Assembly: GCA_031403365.1 (NCBI GenBank)
Contig: JANNTE010000027.1
Coordinates: forward strand, 1,713 to 65,712
DNA: 64,000 nucleotides
Reading direction: 5' to 3'
From: Betaproteobacteria bacterium
GTDB taxonomy: Bacteria; Pseudomonadota; Gammaproteobacteria; Burkholderiales; JACQAP01
In this document: piece by piece, positions 45,742-56,204 of the stretch
Numbering within the stretch: the first letter of the stretch is position 1
Layout: each line of letters opens with the position of its first letter
The notes under the pieces: generated by a model
Seen by the model: the letters and a program-made list of their open reading frames with translations, nothing else
Told to the model about the DNA's origin: nothing
Database searches by the model: none
Translations under genes and position numbers: made by a program

Positions 45742-46218
45742 ATGCAAACGCTGAACATTGCGGCAACTGTCGCCCTTTTGTGTATGGCAGCCGCTTCTGC
45801 TGCCGGCGAGTTCCGACAGCCGTACTATTACTTCCAGACCAGTCTTGCCACGACCCACTTCAACCCCAAACCGGATCACGTCAACGATCAGGGCTTGATC
45901 AACGTGGAGCGCCGCAGTGGCGCCGGGAATATCATAGGCGGCGCGTATTTTCTCAATTCCTTTGGCCAGCCTTCCCAATACGTTTATCTTGGCAAGCTGT
46001 TTTGGGTGCCGTATACCAGCGAGACGATCTACGCCAAGTTCACGGGCGGATTGCTGCACGGTTACCGGGGCGAGTACCAGGATCAAGTGCCGTTCAACAA
46101 ATACGGAGTCGCGCCGGCCATCCTGCCGTCGATCGGTTTTCAGTCGCGTACGCTTGGCGGAGAACTGGTGGTTTTTGGCACCGCGGGAGCGATGCTTACT
46201 CTTGGTTTTAAATTCTGA
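45742..46218 (+). CDS. Small outer-membrane beta-barrel protein (PagP/PagL-like size class; function unknown)
   Basis: 158 aa from ATG 45742. It has a signal peptide (MQTLNIAATVALLCMAAASAAG), alternating aromatic/glycine strands and a C-terminal LGFKF ending in Phe, as in OM barrels. The family assignment is tentative. Confidence 0.55.
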   Translation: MQTLNIAATVALLCMAAASAAGEFRQPYYYFQTSLATTHFNPKPDHVNDQGLINVERRSGAGNIIGGAYFLNSFGQPSQYVYLGKLFWVPYTSETIYAKFTGGLLHGYRGEYQDQVPFNKYGVAPAILPSIGFQSRTLGGELVVFGTAGAMLTLGFKF

Positions 46219-46223
46219 GGCTC

Positions 46224-46943
46224 CTAGTTACGCAGACGAGCCAACTCGTCCTCGCCCAGCGGCCGGTGACCTTTTACCCGCAAGCTGGAGTTCCACTCCG
46301 CGGCGAAATCGCGTTCAAGCGCGGCGTTCAGCGTACCGGTCACCAACATCGCAATAAGCGCACCGCATCCGGCGAGCGCCATGTCCTTATGCGCATCCCA
46401 CACGTCGCCCTGGGTGCCGAGAAATGCCTGTCCCAGATCGCCACCGAAAAAAACCGCCGCACCCCATTCGATCAATTCATACAGCATCGAAGTGGAAAGA
46501 GTGATATCCAGTGGAAAAAAATAGCCCCAGAACCCGCGCAGCTGGGCTACGCGCAAAAACACCTCCCGCACCGGATAGGCGAGAAGCAACCCGTAGCTGA
46601 AGTGCATCACGCGATCGAAGTTGTTGCGCTCCCAACCGAGCCATTCGTTGAGCGAACCGCCGGTGAGGGTCCGGAAGCCTTCGTCATAGGGAACCAGCGA
46701 GTAGGTGTAGTGCGCTCCGATCAGATGCAGCGACAGGAACACGTAAATGAGGAAATAGGAAAGGCGCGACAACGTCAGTTTGCGATAGGTGCCGGCCATG
46801 AACCCGACCAATACGACCACCAGCGCGTTTTCGAGCAACCAGTCTTTGCGATCGTGTGGCGAGATGGCGAGGACAATGAATTCGATGGCGAACAAAACGC
46901 CAAGCAACAGCAAAAACCCGCGGTGCGGGAGTTTCAGCAACAC
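46224..46943 (-). CDS. DUF2238 (YjdF-like) inner membrane protein
   Basis: 239 aa polytopic ORF whose layout and motifs (ENALVVV..., YELIEW) resemble YjdF-family proteins. Recognition is from memory. Confidence 0.6.
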   Translation of the reverse strand: MLLKLPHRGFLLLLGVLFAIEFIVLAISPHDRKDWLLENALVVVLVGFMAGTYRKLTLSRLSYFLIYVFLSLHLIGAHYTYSLVPYDEGFRTLTGGSLNEWLGWERNNFDRVMHFSYGLLLAYPVREVFLRVAQLRGFWGYFFPLDITLSTSMLYELIEWGAAVFFGGDLGQAFLGTQGDVWDAHKDMALAGCGALIAMLVTGTLNAALERDFAAEWNSSLRVKGHRPLGEDELARLRN

Positions 46944-46946
46944 CGG

Positions 46947-48149
46947 TTATCGAGACGCCAGCATCACTGCCGGTTGCGCTGCATCAGCGCCGGCCAGATA
47001 TTCGAGCGCGGCAGCAACGCCTTGGCGGCGCACCGGCACCCCGGCGAGGCTCAAGCCCATTTCCACGCCACACAGCGTCCCGGCGAGCATGAGGTCGTTG
47101 AAGTCACCGAGATGACCGATGCGAAACACCCTGCCCTGCATTTTGCCCAGACCCGCACCAAGCGACATGTCGAAGCGCTCAAGCACGATGGCGCGCAACT
47201 TGTCGGCATCGTGCCCGGCCGGGAGCAGAACTGCGGTCAGTGAACCGCTGTATTCCGCCGGATTGGAGCAAAGGACATCCAATCCCCAGGCACGCACCGC
47301 GCGGCGCGTGGCTTCGCCGTGGCGGACGTGTCGTGCGAACACGTTTTCGAGACCTTCTTCCCGCAACATGTGCAGGGCTTCGCGCAGCCCGTAGAGCAGA
47401 TTGGTTGCCGGTGTGTAGGGAAAGAATCCGGTGCGATTCGGTCCCAGCATCTCGTCCCAGCTCCAGTAGGAACGCGGCAGCGCTGCTGTTTTTGAAGCGG
47501 CCAGCGCCCTGGCGCTGACTGCGTTGAAGGACAGGCCCGGTGGCAGCATCAAGCCCTTTTGCGATCCGGCCACGGTGACATCGACACCCCATTCGTCATG
47601 ACGATAATCAATCGAGGCCAGCGAAGATATGGTGTCCACCATCAGCAGCGCGGGATGCGCGGCCCGGTCCATCGCCTGGCGCACCGGCGCTATGCGGCTC
47701 ACGACCCCGGTGGAAGTTTCATTGTGTACGACGCATACGGCTTTGATGGCGTGGCTTCGATCTTCCACCAGTTTCTGTTCGATCACGGCGGCATCGACGC
47801 CGTGACGCCAGTCACCCGCAATGAAGTCCACGTTGAGTCCGAGACGGGTTGCCAGCTTCTCCCACAAGGTCGCGAACTGGCCGGTCTCGGCCATCAACAC
47901 GCGATCGCCTGGCGACAGTGTATTGACCAGTGCGGCCTCCCAAGCCCCGGTGCCCGAGGCCGGATAAATGACCACATCCCCGCGCGTTCTGAATATCTGC
48001 TTCATCCCATCGAGCACTTCACGCCCGAGCGCGGCAAATTCCGCGCTGCGATGATCGATGGTGGGCCGGTCGATCGCCCGCAATACGCGATCGGGAACAT
48101 TGGTCGGACCGGGAATCTGGAGAAAATGCCGCCCGCTGCGATGGCTCAT
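46947..48149 (-). CDS. Class V aminotransferase (serine-glyoxylate / alanine-glyoxylate type)
   Basis: 400 aa with the N-terminus GRHFLQIPGPTNVPDRVLRAIDRPTIDHRS typical of SGAT/AGXT-type PLP enzymes, and SQKGLMLPPG containing the PLP lysine. Confidence 0.85.
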   Translation of the reverse strand: MSHRSGRHFLQIPGPTNVPDRVLRAIDRPTIDHRSAEFAALGREVLDGMKQIFRTRGDVVIYPASGTGAWEAALVNTLSPGDRVLMAETGQFATLWEKLATRLGLNVDFIAGDWRHGVDAAVIEQKLVEDRSHAIKAVCVVHNETSTGVVSRIAPVRQAMDRAAHPALLMVDTISSLASIDYRHDEWGVDVTVAGSQKGLMLPPGLSFNAVSARALAASKTAALPRSYWSWDEMLGPNRTGFFPYTPATNLLYGLREALHMLREEGLENVFARHVRHGEATRRAVRAWGLDVLCSNPAEYSGSLTAVLLPAGHDADKLRAIVLERFDMSLGAGLGKMQGRVFRIGHLGDFNDLMLAGTLCGVEMGLSLAGVPVRRQGVAAALEYLAGADAAQPAVMLASR

Positions 48150-48205
48150 CGATACACCCTGAAGTAAGCTTCGAGCCTACTCACTTTTCTCCCAGTGCTC
48201 AAGCT

Positions 48206-51193
48206 GTGCCCACAGCCACGCGGTATCATTCGTACTTGTTGCTGCCGCCAGAGTCCAAATCGTTCGTGAATGCGTCCGCCATCCCGATTCGCGTAGTCCA
48301 GGGTCCGCCGGCTGCCAGTGAGCTGGAACGGCGCTTGCGGCGCGAAGTGGATGGCGAAGTGCTGTTTGATGTTTTTTCGCGGGGCCGCTATAGCACCGAT
48401 GCTTCGATCTACCAGATCGAACCTCTGGGAGCCGTCGTTCCACGCAACGAAGAAGCGGCGCGTATTGCGCTGCAAGTAGCGGCGGAGCTGGGGGTACCAA
48501 TCCTGCCGCGCGGGGCCGGCACGTCGCAATGCGGCCAGAGCGTGGGCGCGGCGCTGATTGTCGATTGCACAAAGTATCTCAATGAAGTCATCCATGTGGA
48601 TTTCGACAAGCGCGAAGCCATCGTGCAGCCCGGCGTTGTTCTGGACCATCTGAATGCCGGGCTGCGCGCGCGCAAGCTGTGGTTTCCGGTGGATGTGTCG
48701 ACCTCCGCGCAGGCGACCATCGGCGGCATGGCCGGCAACAATTCCTGCGGTGCACGCTCCATTCGCTACGGCAACATGGTGCATAACGTGCTCGGTATCG
48801 ACGCTTGGCTCGCAAGCGGAGACGAGTTCCATTTCGGCGCCAGCAGCGAGCTGGCCAGCGCTCCGGCGGCGTATCGCGCGCTGGTGGAAAAAATTCACGC
48901 CGTCGTGCGGCGCGAAGCGGGCGAGATCGACGCGCGCTGGCCCAGGGTGTTGCGCCGGGTGCAGGGCTATAACCTGGACATGATTCAACCCGACAGCGCG
49001 GCGCAGCCGCTGGTTCATAATCTCGCGCACCTGCTGGTCGGATCGGAAGGCACGCTGGCGTTCTCGAAACGCATCACTTTGAAGCTCGCGCCGATGCCCG
49101 CGCACAAGGTGCTCGGTGTGGTGCATTTCGCCAGTTTTCATCAGGCCATGGATCTGACCCGGCATATCGTTACGCTCGATCCCTCCGCGGTCGAACTGGT
49201 TGACCGCACCATGATCGATCTGGCGCGCGGCAACGCCGCGTTCGCGCCCATCGTGGCACGCTTTCTCAAGGGCGAACCGGAGGCTATTTTGCTGGTGGAA
49301 TTCGCCGGTGAAGACAAAGCCGAGCAAAGCGCGCAACTTCAGCGCCTGTCGCAGATGATGGGTGATCTGGGCAATCCTGATTCCGTGGTGGAAGTAAGCG
49401 ACGCGGCACTGCAACGCGAAATCTGGGAAGTGCGCAAAGCCGGACTCAACATCATGATGTCGATGAAAGGCGACGGCAAGCCAGTGTCCTTCATCGAGGA
49501 TTGCGCCGTGCCGCTGGAACATCTCGCCGAATACACCCAACGCCTGTCGCAGGTGTTTGAGAAACACGGCACGCGCGGCACCTGGTATGCGCATGCCTCG
49601 GTGGGCACGCTGCATGTGCGTCCGATACTTGACATGCGCCGTGACGGGGCGGAAAAAATGCGCGCCATCGCCGAAGAAGCCTGCGCCCTGGTGCGCGAGT
49701 TCAAGGGCGCTTTCTCCGGCGAACACGGGGACGGCCTGGTGCGTTCGGAGTGGATCGAACCGATGCTTGGCCGGCGTCTGACCGGGGCGCTGGCGGAGGT
49801 CAAAGCCTTGCTGGACCCGAAAGGCCTGATGAATCCCGGCAAAATCGTGAAGCCTTCGCGCATGGATGATCGCAGTCTTTTTCGCTACCAGCCGGGTTAT
49901 CGGGCGCAGCCAATGGTCACCGCGCTCGACTGGTCGGCATGGGGCGGCTTCGCGCCGGCGGTGGAAATGTGCAACAACAACGGCCACTGCCGCAAGTTTG
50001 ATGCGGGCACCATGTGTCCTTCGTTTCGCGCCACCGGTGACGAGCAGCATCTGACGCGAGGGCGCGCCAATACCCTGCGGCTTGCCATTTCCGGCCAGCT
50101 TGGCGCGGACGCGCTGACCTCCGATGCCATGCGGGACACGATGGCGCTTTGCGTGAGTTGCAAGGGTTGCCGGCGCGAATGCCCGACCGGGGTGGACATG
50201 GCGCGCATGAAAATCGAGTTCCAGCACCAGTACGGCAAACGCCACGGTTTGTCGTTGCGGCAGAAACTGTTCGCCTATCTGCCGCGATATGCGGGCACGG
50301 CCGCTAAATTCGCGCCGCTGCTCAATCTGCGTGATGTCCTTCCCGGCGCAGCCTGGCTGTCGGAAAAATGGCTGGGTTTGAGCGCCCGGCGCAGCCTGCC
50401 GCGCTGGTCGCGGCGGCCGTTCGTTGCCGCGGCAAGCGCGTCGCATTCGGAGCGCAAGGTCGCCTTGTTCATTGACACCTTCTCGCGCTGGTTCGAACCG
50501 GACAATGCGCGGGCGGCGGTGCAGGTTCTGGAAGCGGCCGGCTACGGCGTCGAAATCGCCGCGCCCGTGAATGGAGGCCGGCCGTTGTGCTGTGGCCGTA
50601 CTTTCCTGGCTGCGGGACTGGTTGAAGAGGCCAGAATCGAGGCGCGGCGTTTGCTTGAAGCTCTACGGCCTTTTGCGCAGCAGGGTATCCCGGTCATCGG
50701 CCTCGAGCCCGCATGCCTGCTGACGTTACGCGACGAGTTTCAGGCCATGAATCTCGGCAATGACGCGGTCGAAGTGGCAGGCAAGGCCGTGTTGTTCGAG
50801 GAATTCCTCGCCGCGCAAGCACAGACCGGCGCTTTGAAACTGAACCTCGCGCCGCTCGCGGCAGTCGGCGCTCTGCTGCATGGCCACTGTCATCAGAAAG
50901 CTTTTGATGTGATGCCGGCGGTGCGCCGGGTGCTCGACCTGATCCCCGGATTGAAAGTGGACAGCGTTGAATCGAGTTGTTGCGGCATGGCCGGCAGCTT
51001 CGGTTATGAGGCCGAGCATTTCGACATCAGCATGCGCATGGCAGAACTCGCCCTGCTTCCGGCGCTCAGGAACGCAAATCCCGGAACCCTCGTCATTGCG
51101 GACGGTACCAGTTGCCGTCATCAGATCCATGATGGCGCCGGTCGTGACGCGCTGCATGTTGCGCGTGTTTTGCAAATGGCACTGAAAAAATGA
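48206..51193 (+). CDS. Fused FAD-binding (GlcD-like) and Fe-S (GlcF-like) 2-hydroxyacid dehydrogenase, YdiJ-like
   Basis: 995 aa with the FAD-PCMH domain (PRGAGTSQCGQS...ATIGGMAGNNSCG), GEHGDG...LDPKGLMNPGKIV, then CxxCxxC clusters (CVSCKGCRRECP) and CCG-type repeats (SSCCGMAGSFG). The start may instead be GTG 48266. Confidence 0.85.
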   Translation: MPTATRYHSYLLLPPESKSFVNASAIPIRVVQGPPAASELERRLRREVDGEVLFDVFSRGRYSTDASIYQIEPLGAVVPRNEEAARIALQVAAELGVPILPRGAGTSQCGQSVGAALIVDCTKYLNEVIHVDFDKREAIVQPGVVLDHLNAGLRARKLWFPVDVSTSAQATIGGMAGNNSCGARSIRYGNMVHNVLGIDAWLASGDEFHFGASSELASAPAAYRALVEKIHAVVRREAGEIDARWPRVLRRVQGYNLDMIQPDSAAQPLVHNLAHLLVGSEGTLAFSKRITLKLAPMPAHKVLGVVHFASFHQAMDLTRHIVTLDPSAVELVDRTMIDLARGNAAFAPIVARFLKGEPEAILLVEFAGEDKAEQSAQLQRLSQMMGDLGNPDSVVEVSDAALQREIWEVRKAGLNIMMSMKGDGKPVSFIEDCAVPLEHLAEYTQRLSQVFEKHGTRGTWYAHASVGTLHVRPILDMRRDGAEKMRAIAEEACALVREFKGAFSGEHGDGLVRSEWIEPMLGRRLTGALAEVKALLDPKGLMNPGKIVKPSRMDDRSLFRYQPGYRAQPMVTALDWSAWGGFAPAVEMCNNNGHCRKFDAGTMCPSFRATGDEQHLTRGRANTLRLAISGQLGADALTSDAMRDTMALCVSCKGCRRECPTGVDMARMKIEFQHQYGKRHGLSLRQKLFAYLPRYAGTAAKFAPLLNLRDVLPGAAWLSEKWLGLSARRSLPRWSRRPFVAAASASHSERKVALFIDTFSRWFEPDNARAAVQVLEAAGYGVEIAAPVNGGRPLCCGRTFLAAGLVEEARIEARRLLEALRPFAQQGIPVIGLEPACLLTLRDEFQAMNLGNDAVEVAGKAVLFEEFLAAQAQTGALKLNLAPLAAVGALLHGHCHQKAFDVMPAVRRVLDLIPGLKVDSVESSCCGMAGSFGYEAEHFDISMRMAELALLPALRNANPGTLVIADGTSCRHQIHDGAGRDALHVARVLQMALKK

Positions 51194-51218
51194 GCGAACA
51201 AATCGACAACCGGGGCCA

Positions 51219-51521
51219 TTGCGAGTGAACGCTGAATTCAGAAGGTTCGTGTTCTATTTCCTGCCCCTGCTGGCTAATATCGGCCTCGCCATCTACGTGA
51301 CGTGGCAGCTCAATCTGATACCGTATTTTCAGCGAGAGGGAGAGTTTCGGATTTTCGCCATCGTCTACGCGATCGGCGGCCTGATTGTTGCGTCGTCGGG
51401 CATTACTGCATTTCTGCACTTCATCGCCAATCAAAAAGGCCCGCAGGCCTTGTTCGTGCTGTCCCTGGTCAACACCATCATACCCACCGTGCTGCTGCTC
51501 ACGCTGCTGCGCTTCAACTAG
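51219..51521 (+). CDS. Hypothetical small membrane protein
   Basis: 100 aa with three hydrophobic segments. It sits tightly between the dehydrogenase and the cupin on the same strand. No family recognised. Confidence 0.5.
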   Translation: MRVNAEFRRFVFYFLPLLANIGLAIYVTWQLNLIPYFQREGEFRIFAIVYAIGGLIVASSGITAFLHFIANQKGPQALFVLSLVNTIIPTVLLLTLLRFN

Positions 51522-51541
51522 CAAAACAAGAAGGAAAAAAC

Positions 51542-52006
51542 ATGGCGGAATCGAAATGGAAGTACCACGGCGTTCGTGTCGTCAAAGCCTCTGAGCTCGA
51601 TACCAATACCGCGCAGACACCGGGCATGAATCGCGCTGCGGCCATTACCCATGCGCGTTGTGGCGCCGAAAAACTGTGGGCGGGAACGGTGGTGATTCAT
51701 GCCAAAGCCAGGACGGGTGCCCATCATCACGGGCCGGTGGAAAGCGTTATCTATGTCGTCAGCGGCAGGGCGCGCATGCGCTGGGGCGATCAACTGGAAT
51801 TTGTCGCGGAGGCCGGACCGGGGGACTTTATCCATGTGCCGCCGTTCGTGCCACATCAGGAAATCAATGCATCGGAGACGGAAGCGCTGTCCTGCGTGCT
51901 GGTGCGCTCAGGTCAGGAACCGGTGGTGGTGAATCTCGATATTCCGGTCGTGGAAAAACCGGCGCAAGTGCACTGGGTGGATAACATCCATCCCGCACCC
52001 GAATAA
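51542..52006 (+). CDS. Cupin domain protein
   Basis: 154 aa from ATG 51542 (MAESKWKYHG) with both cupin motifs present (GAHHHGPVESVIYVVSG and GDFIHVPPFVPHQEIN). The track ORF from 51302 is an upstream extension. Confidence 0.8.
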   Translation: MAESKWKYHGVRVVKASELDTNTAQTPGMNRAAAITHARCGAEKLWAGTVVIHAKARTGAHHHGPVESVIYVVSGRARMRWGDQLEFVAEAGPGDFIHVPPFVPHQEINASETEALSCVLVRSGQEPVVVNLDIPVVEKPAQVHWVDNIHPAPE

Positions 52007-52027
52007 GGTTCCCGGGCATTTGACCGG

Positions 52028-53755
<1,728 letters not shown>

Positions 53756-53859
53756 GGTTTGTCTTTACGGCGTTCGTTCGATGGATGAAAGCGTAGCGCG
53801 CGCGATGACTCGCGATGGTTGAGCTCTTTCGCCGCCGCCCGGCAAGAAAGATTCCTGGC

Positions 53860-54159
53860 CTAGCCCTTCTTCTTGTGGAATTCTTCCCAGGCTTTCTGGA
53901 AGCTCGATTGCATGGTATCCCACGCGCTTTCCGCGCCTTTGCTCACTTCCATCCACGCGGACTGGCTGGCTTCGCGGGTTTCGTTCAGGCGTTTAACGGC
54001 CTCGTCGCGCTGGTGCTCCAGCGCCTTGATTTTGGTTTCGTATTGCGCTTTCACGTTGGTCTGGACTTTCTGTACTTCGCCTTCCCATTTGCCGAGTTTT
54101 GCATTCCATTCGTCGATCTGTTTTTTCATCTGCTCCACATACTGCTCGCGTGTCATCAT
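53860..54159 (-). CDS. Small coiled-coil protein (function unknown)
   Basis: 99 aa, all-helical, K/E/Q-rich (MMTREQYVEQMKKQIDEWNAKLGKWEGEVQK...). There is a good AGGAG Shine-Dalgarno 8 nt upstream of the ATG. Confidence 0.7.
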   Translation of the reverse strand: MMTREQYVEQMKKQIDEWNAKLGKWEGEVQKVQTNVKAQYETKIKALEHQRDEAVKRLNETREASQSAWMEVSKGAESAWDTMQSSFQKAWEEFHKKKG

Positions 54160-54233
54160 GATTGCGTCTCCTGGTCGTAGTGTGGTTCTTGAGTTTACGC
54201 CTCCGAAAATTATCTCGCGTCGGAACCGAACTT

Positions 54234-56204
54234 CTATTCAACCGTCAGCACGATACCCAATCCGCCCACCGCAAGAGGGTGAACGATGCGCAAGGTAACG
54301 GCCTGCATGATTTTCTCGAACCCGTCTTCCGATTGCGATACGGTCTGGTGCGAAGCGGCGTGTACCGTCACCGGATGATCCATCGTCAGTACGACTTTGC
54401 CGCCCAGCACTCCGTCTTCGAGAGTCAACCGGCTGATTTGTTCCCAGCTGAAAGCCTGCCCGAAACCACCGGGTACTTCGCCGTTGACGACATAGCGGCC
54501 CATAAAGCCATCGCAACTCGGCATGGCGAGGTTGATCTCGGTTTCAACCGGCGTTGACCCATTTTCCAGCCGATACTCCACGCTCAAAGCGTTGCTTTTC
54601 AGCGATATTTTCTTGATCAGACCCGGTCCCGCGAGTTCGACGGCGTTTGCGCCAGTCGTGCGCACCGCGTAGCTCAGCGGTTGCGCCTGCCCTGCCAGGC
54701 GGTCAAGGAAAAGAGCGCGGGGATAGGCGTCGGCGGCCATATCGGCGGCGGAAACCGGATGCTTGAAGTTGACGCGATCATGCGCGGAGGCGATGCCGCC
54801 CCCGGAACGATCGCCGCTGCCGCCTTCGCGGATTTTGCGGTGGTAATGTTCCGTACGTCGCACCAGCGTGTCGCCGAAATTGTGGCGCAGGGCATAGCAA
54901 TCCAGCTCGTGCACTGCGCCAAAGCCATCGTCGCGGATCACGGCTTGCATTTTGCGATTGGTGAGGAAAATTTCGTTGTGGCCATCGAAGTCCAGATCGC
55001 GCACGACCTGCGCGCGCGGGATCGCTGCGTCAAGCAGGGCCTCGAGTTCGATGATCGCATTCCACACTGCGCGGCGCAGATGCGGCAGGTAGATGCCGCC
55101 GAACAAGCCATGCCAGTAAGCGTCGTTCGCCTGTGTCAGGTGCACCAGCTCCCGCATGCGCCGGGTTGCTTTCTTGCCCAGTGCGGCGACGCGGCCGGAC
55201 ACCTCCAGCATGCGTTTGTGCATCCAGTTGGACTCGGCATAACGCGAGATGAAGTTGCGCCAGATGCCCCCGCGCAGGAAGGGTTTGGTCTGTTCAAAGC
55301 GCTGGTGGTCTTTTTCCCGTTTGACCAGCTCGGCGAATACGTCGGCGCGGTCGGCATCGAGCGTCCATTCGTTCATTTCGATGTAAGAAGTCGCGGGCAG
55401 GTAAACAACACCGCGCGGCCGCTGCCTCGATTCGAAGTCGCGATACAGCGCGGGTTCTATCGCCGGCGAGGCCAGCACGCCCTCGATGAATTGCTTGAGC
55501 CAGTGTTTCTCGTATACCCACTCGTAAGTTTCCGGCCAGATGCCAAACTTCTCGATGTCGTCGAAGTAGACCGCTGCTGCCGTGCCGTCTTCGGTGGCCA
55601 GCGATTCAAGGTACTGGATGGTTTCGGGCGCGGTGGAAAACGGAATCCGGTAGCGCAGCGCTTCCGAGATCGGGAACAAATCCAGGCGCACGCCGCCCTC
55701 TTCGGTGCTGAAGTAGCCGGTCAGATCCGCATTGCGTTTGCCGGCGCAGAGGAAATGGTAATCATCCACGGTGACATAGCGTATGCCGGACTCGGCCAGC
55801 GACGGCGCCACCGCGGATTCCCATACTCGCTCGGTGAGCCACGCGCCGCTCGGACGCTGGCCGAACGCGACCTCGATGCGATCCGACAAGGCTTTCAACT
55901 GAGTGCGCCGATCGCGCTCCGGGATGGACGCCAGAACCGGCTCGGTATCGCCACCGCCGAACATCTCGACCTGGCCGCGCGTCACCATCTCACGCAGCTT
56001 CGCCATGTCCGCCGGGAAATGTTCAATCAGATAGCCCAGCAGCCAGCCGCTGAAGTGCACCGAGAACTTGAAGTCGGGAAATTGATACAGGGTGTCCAGA
56101 AATGGTTTGTAGCATCGCGCATGCGCATCGTCGATCACATGCTCGAAATTGCCGGCAGGCTGGTGCGCATGCACACCGAACAACAGTGAAATTTTCTTGG
56201 TCAT
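54234..56204 (-). CDS. GH57 family glycoside hydrolase with C-terminal DUF1926-type domain (alpha-amylase/4-alpha-glucanotransferase-like)
   Basis: 656 aa with the N-terminus ISLLFGVHAHQPAGNF typical of GH57 region 1. It is translationally coupled (TGATG) to the upstream GH57 gene. Confidence 0.85.
   Translation of the reverse strand: MTKKISLLFGVHAHQPAGNFEHVIDDAHARCYKPFLDTLYQFPDFKFSVHFSGWLLGYLIEHFPADMAKLREMVTRGQVEMFGGGDTEPVLASIPERDRRTQLKALSDRIEVAFGQRPSGAWLTERVWESAVAPSLAESGIRYVTVDDYHFLCAGKRNADLTGYFSTEEGGVRLDLFPISEALRYRIPFSTAPETIQYLESLATEDGTAAAVYFDDIEKFGIWPETYEWVYEKHWLKQFIEGVLASPAIEPALYRDFESRQRPRGVVYLPATSYIEMNEWTLDADRADVFAELVKREKDHQRFEQTKPFLRGGIWRNFISRYAESNWMHKRMLEVSGRVAALGKKATRRMRELVHLTQANDAYWHGLFGGIYLPHLRRAVWNAIIELEALLDAAIPRAQVVRDLDFDGHNEIFLTNRKMQAVIRDDGFGAVHELDCYALRHNFGDTLVRRTEHYHRKIREGGSGDRSGGGIASAHDRVNFKHPVSAADMAADAYPRALFLDRLAGQAQPLSYAVRTTGANAVELAGPGLIKKISLKSNALSVEYRLENGSTPVETEINLAMPSCDGFMGRYVVNGEVPGGFGQAFSWEQISRLTLEDGVLGGKVVLTMDHPVTVHAASHQTVSQSEDGFEKIMQAVTLRIVHPLAVGGLGIVLTVE

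Noticed and set aside
48146-50446. 766-aa minus-strand ORF, the longest unannotated ORF in the window, opposite the YdiJ-like dehydrogenase
   Set aside because: It is codon-aligned antisense to the sense gene (48206 minus 48146 is divisible by 3). Stops can therefore only arise from the rare sense codons TTA, CTA and TCA. The translation is a low-complexity R/A/G/H-rich string with no recognisable motif, while the sense strand has clear family motifs. It is a shadow ORF.
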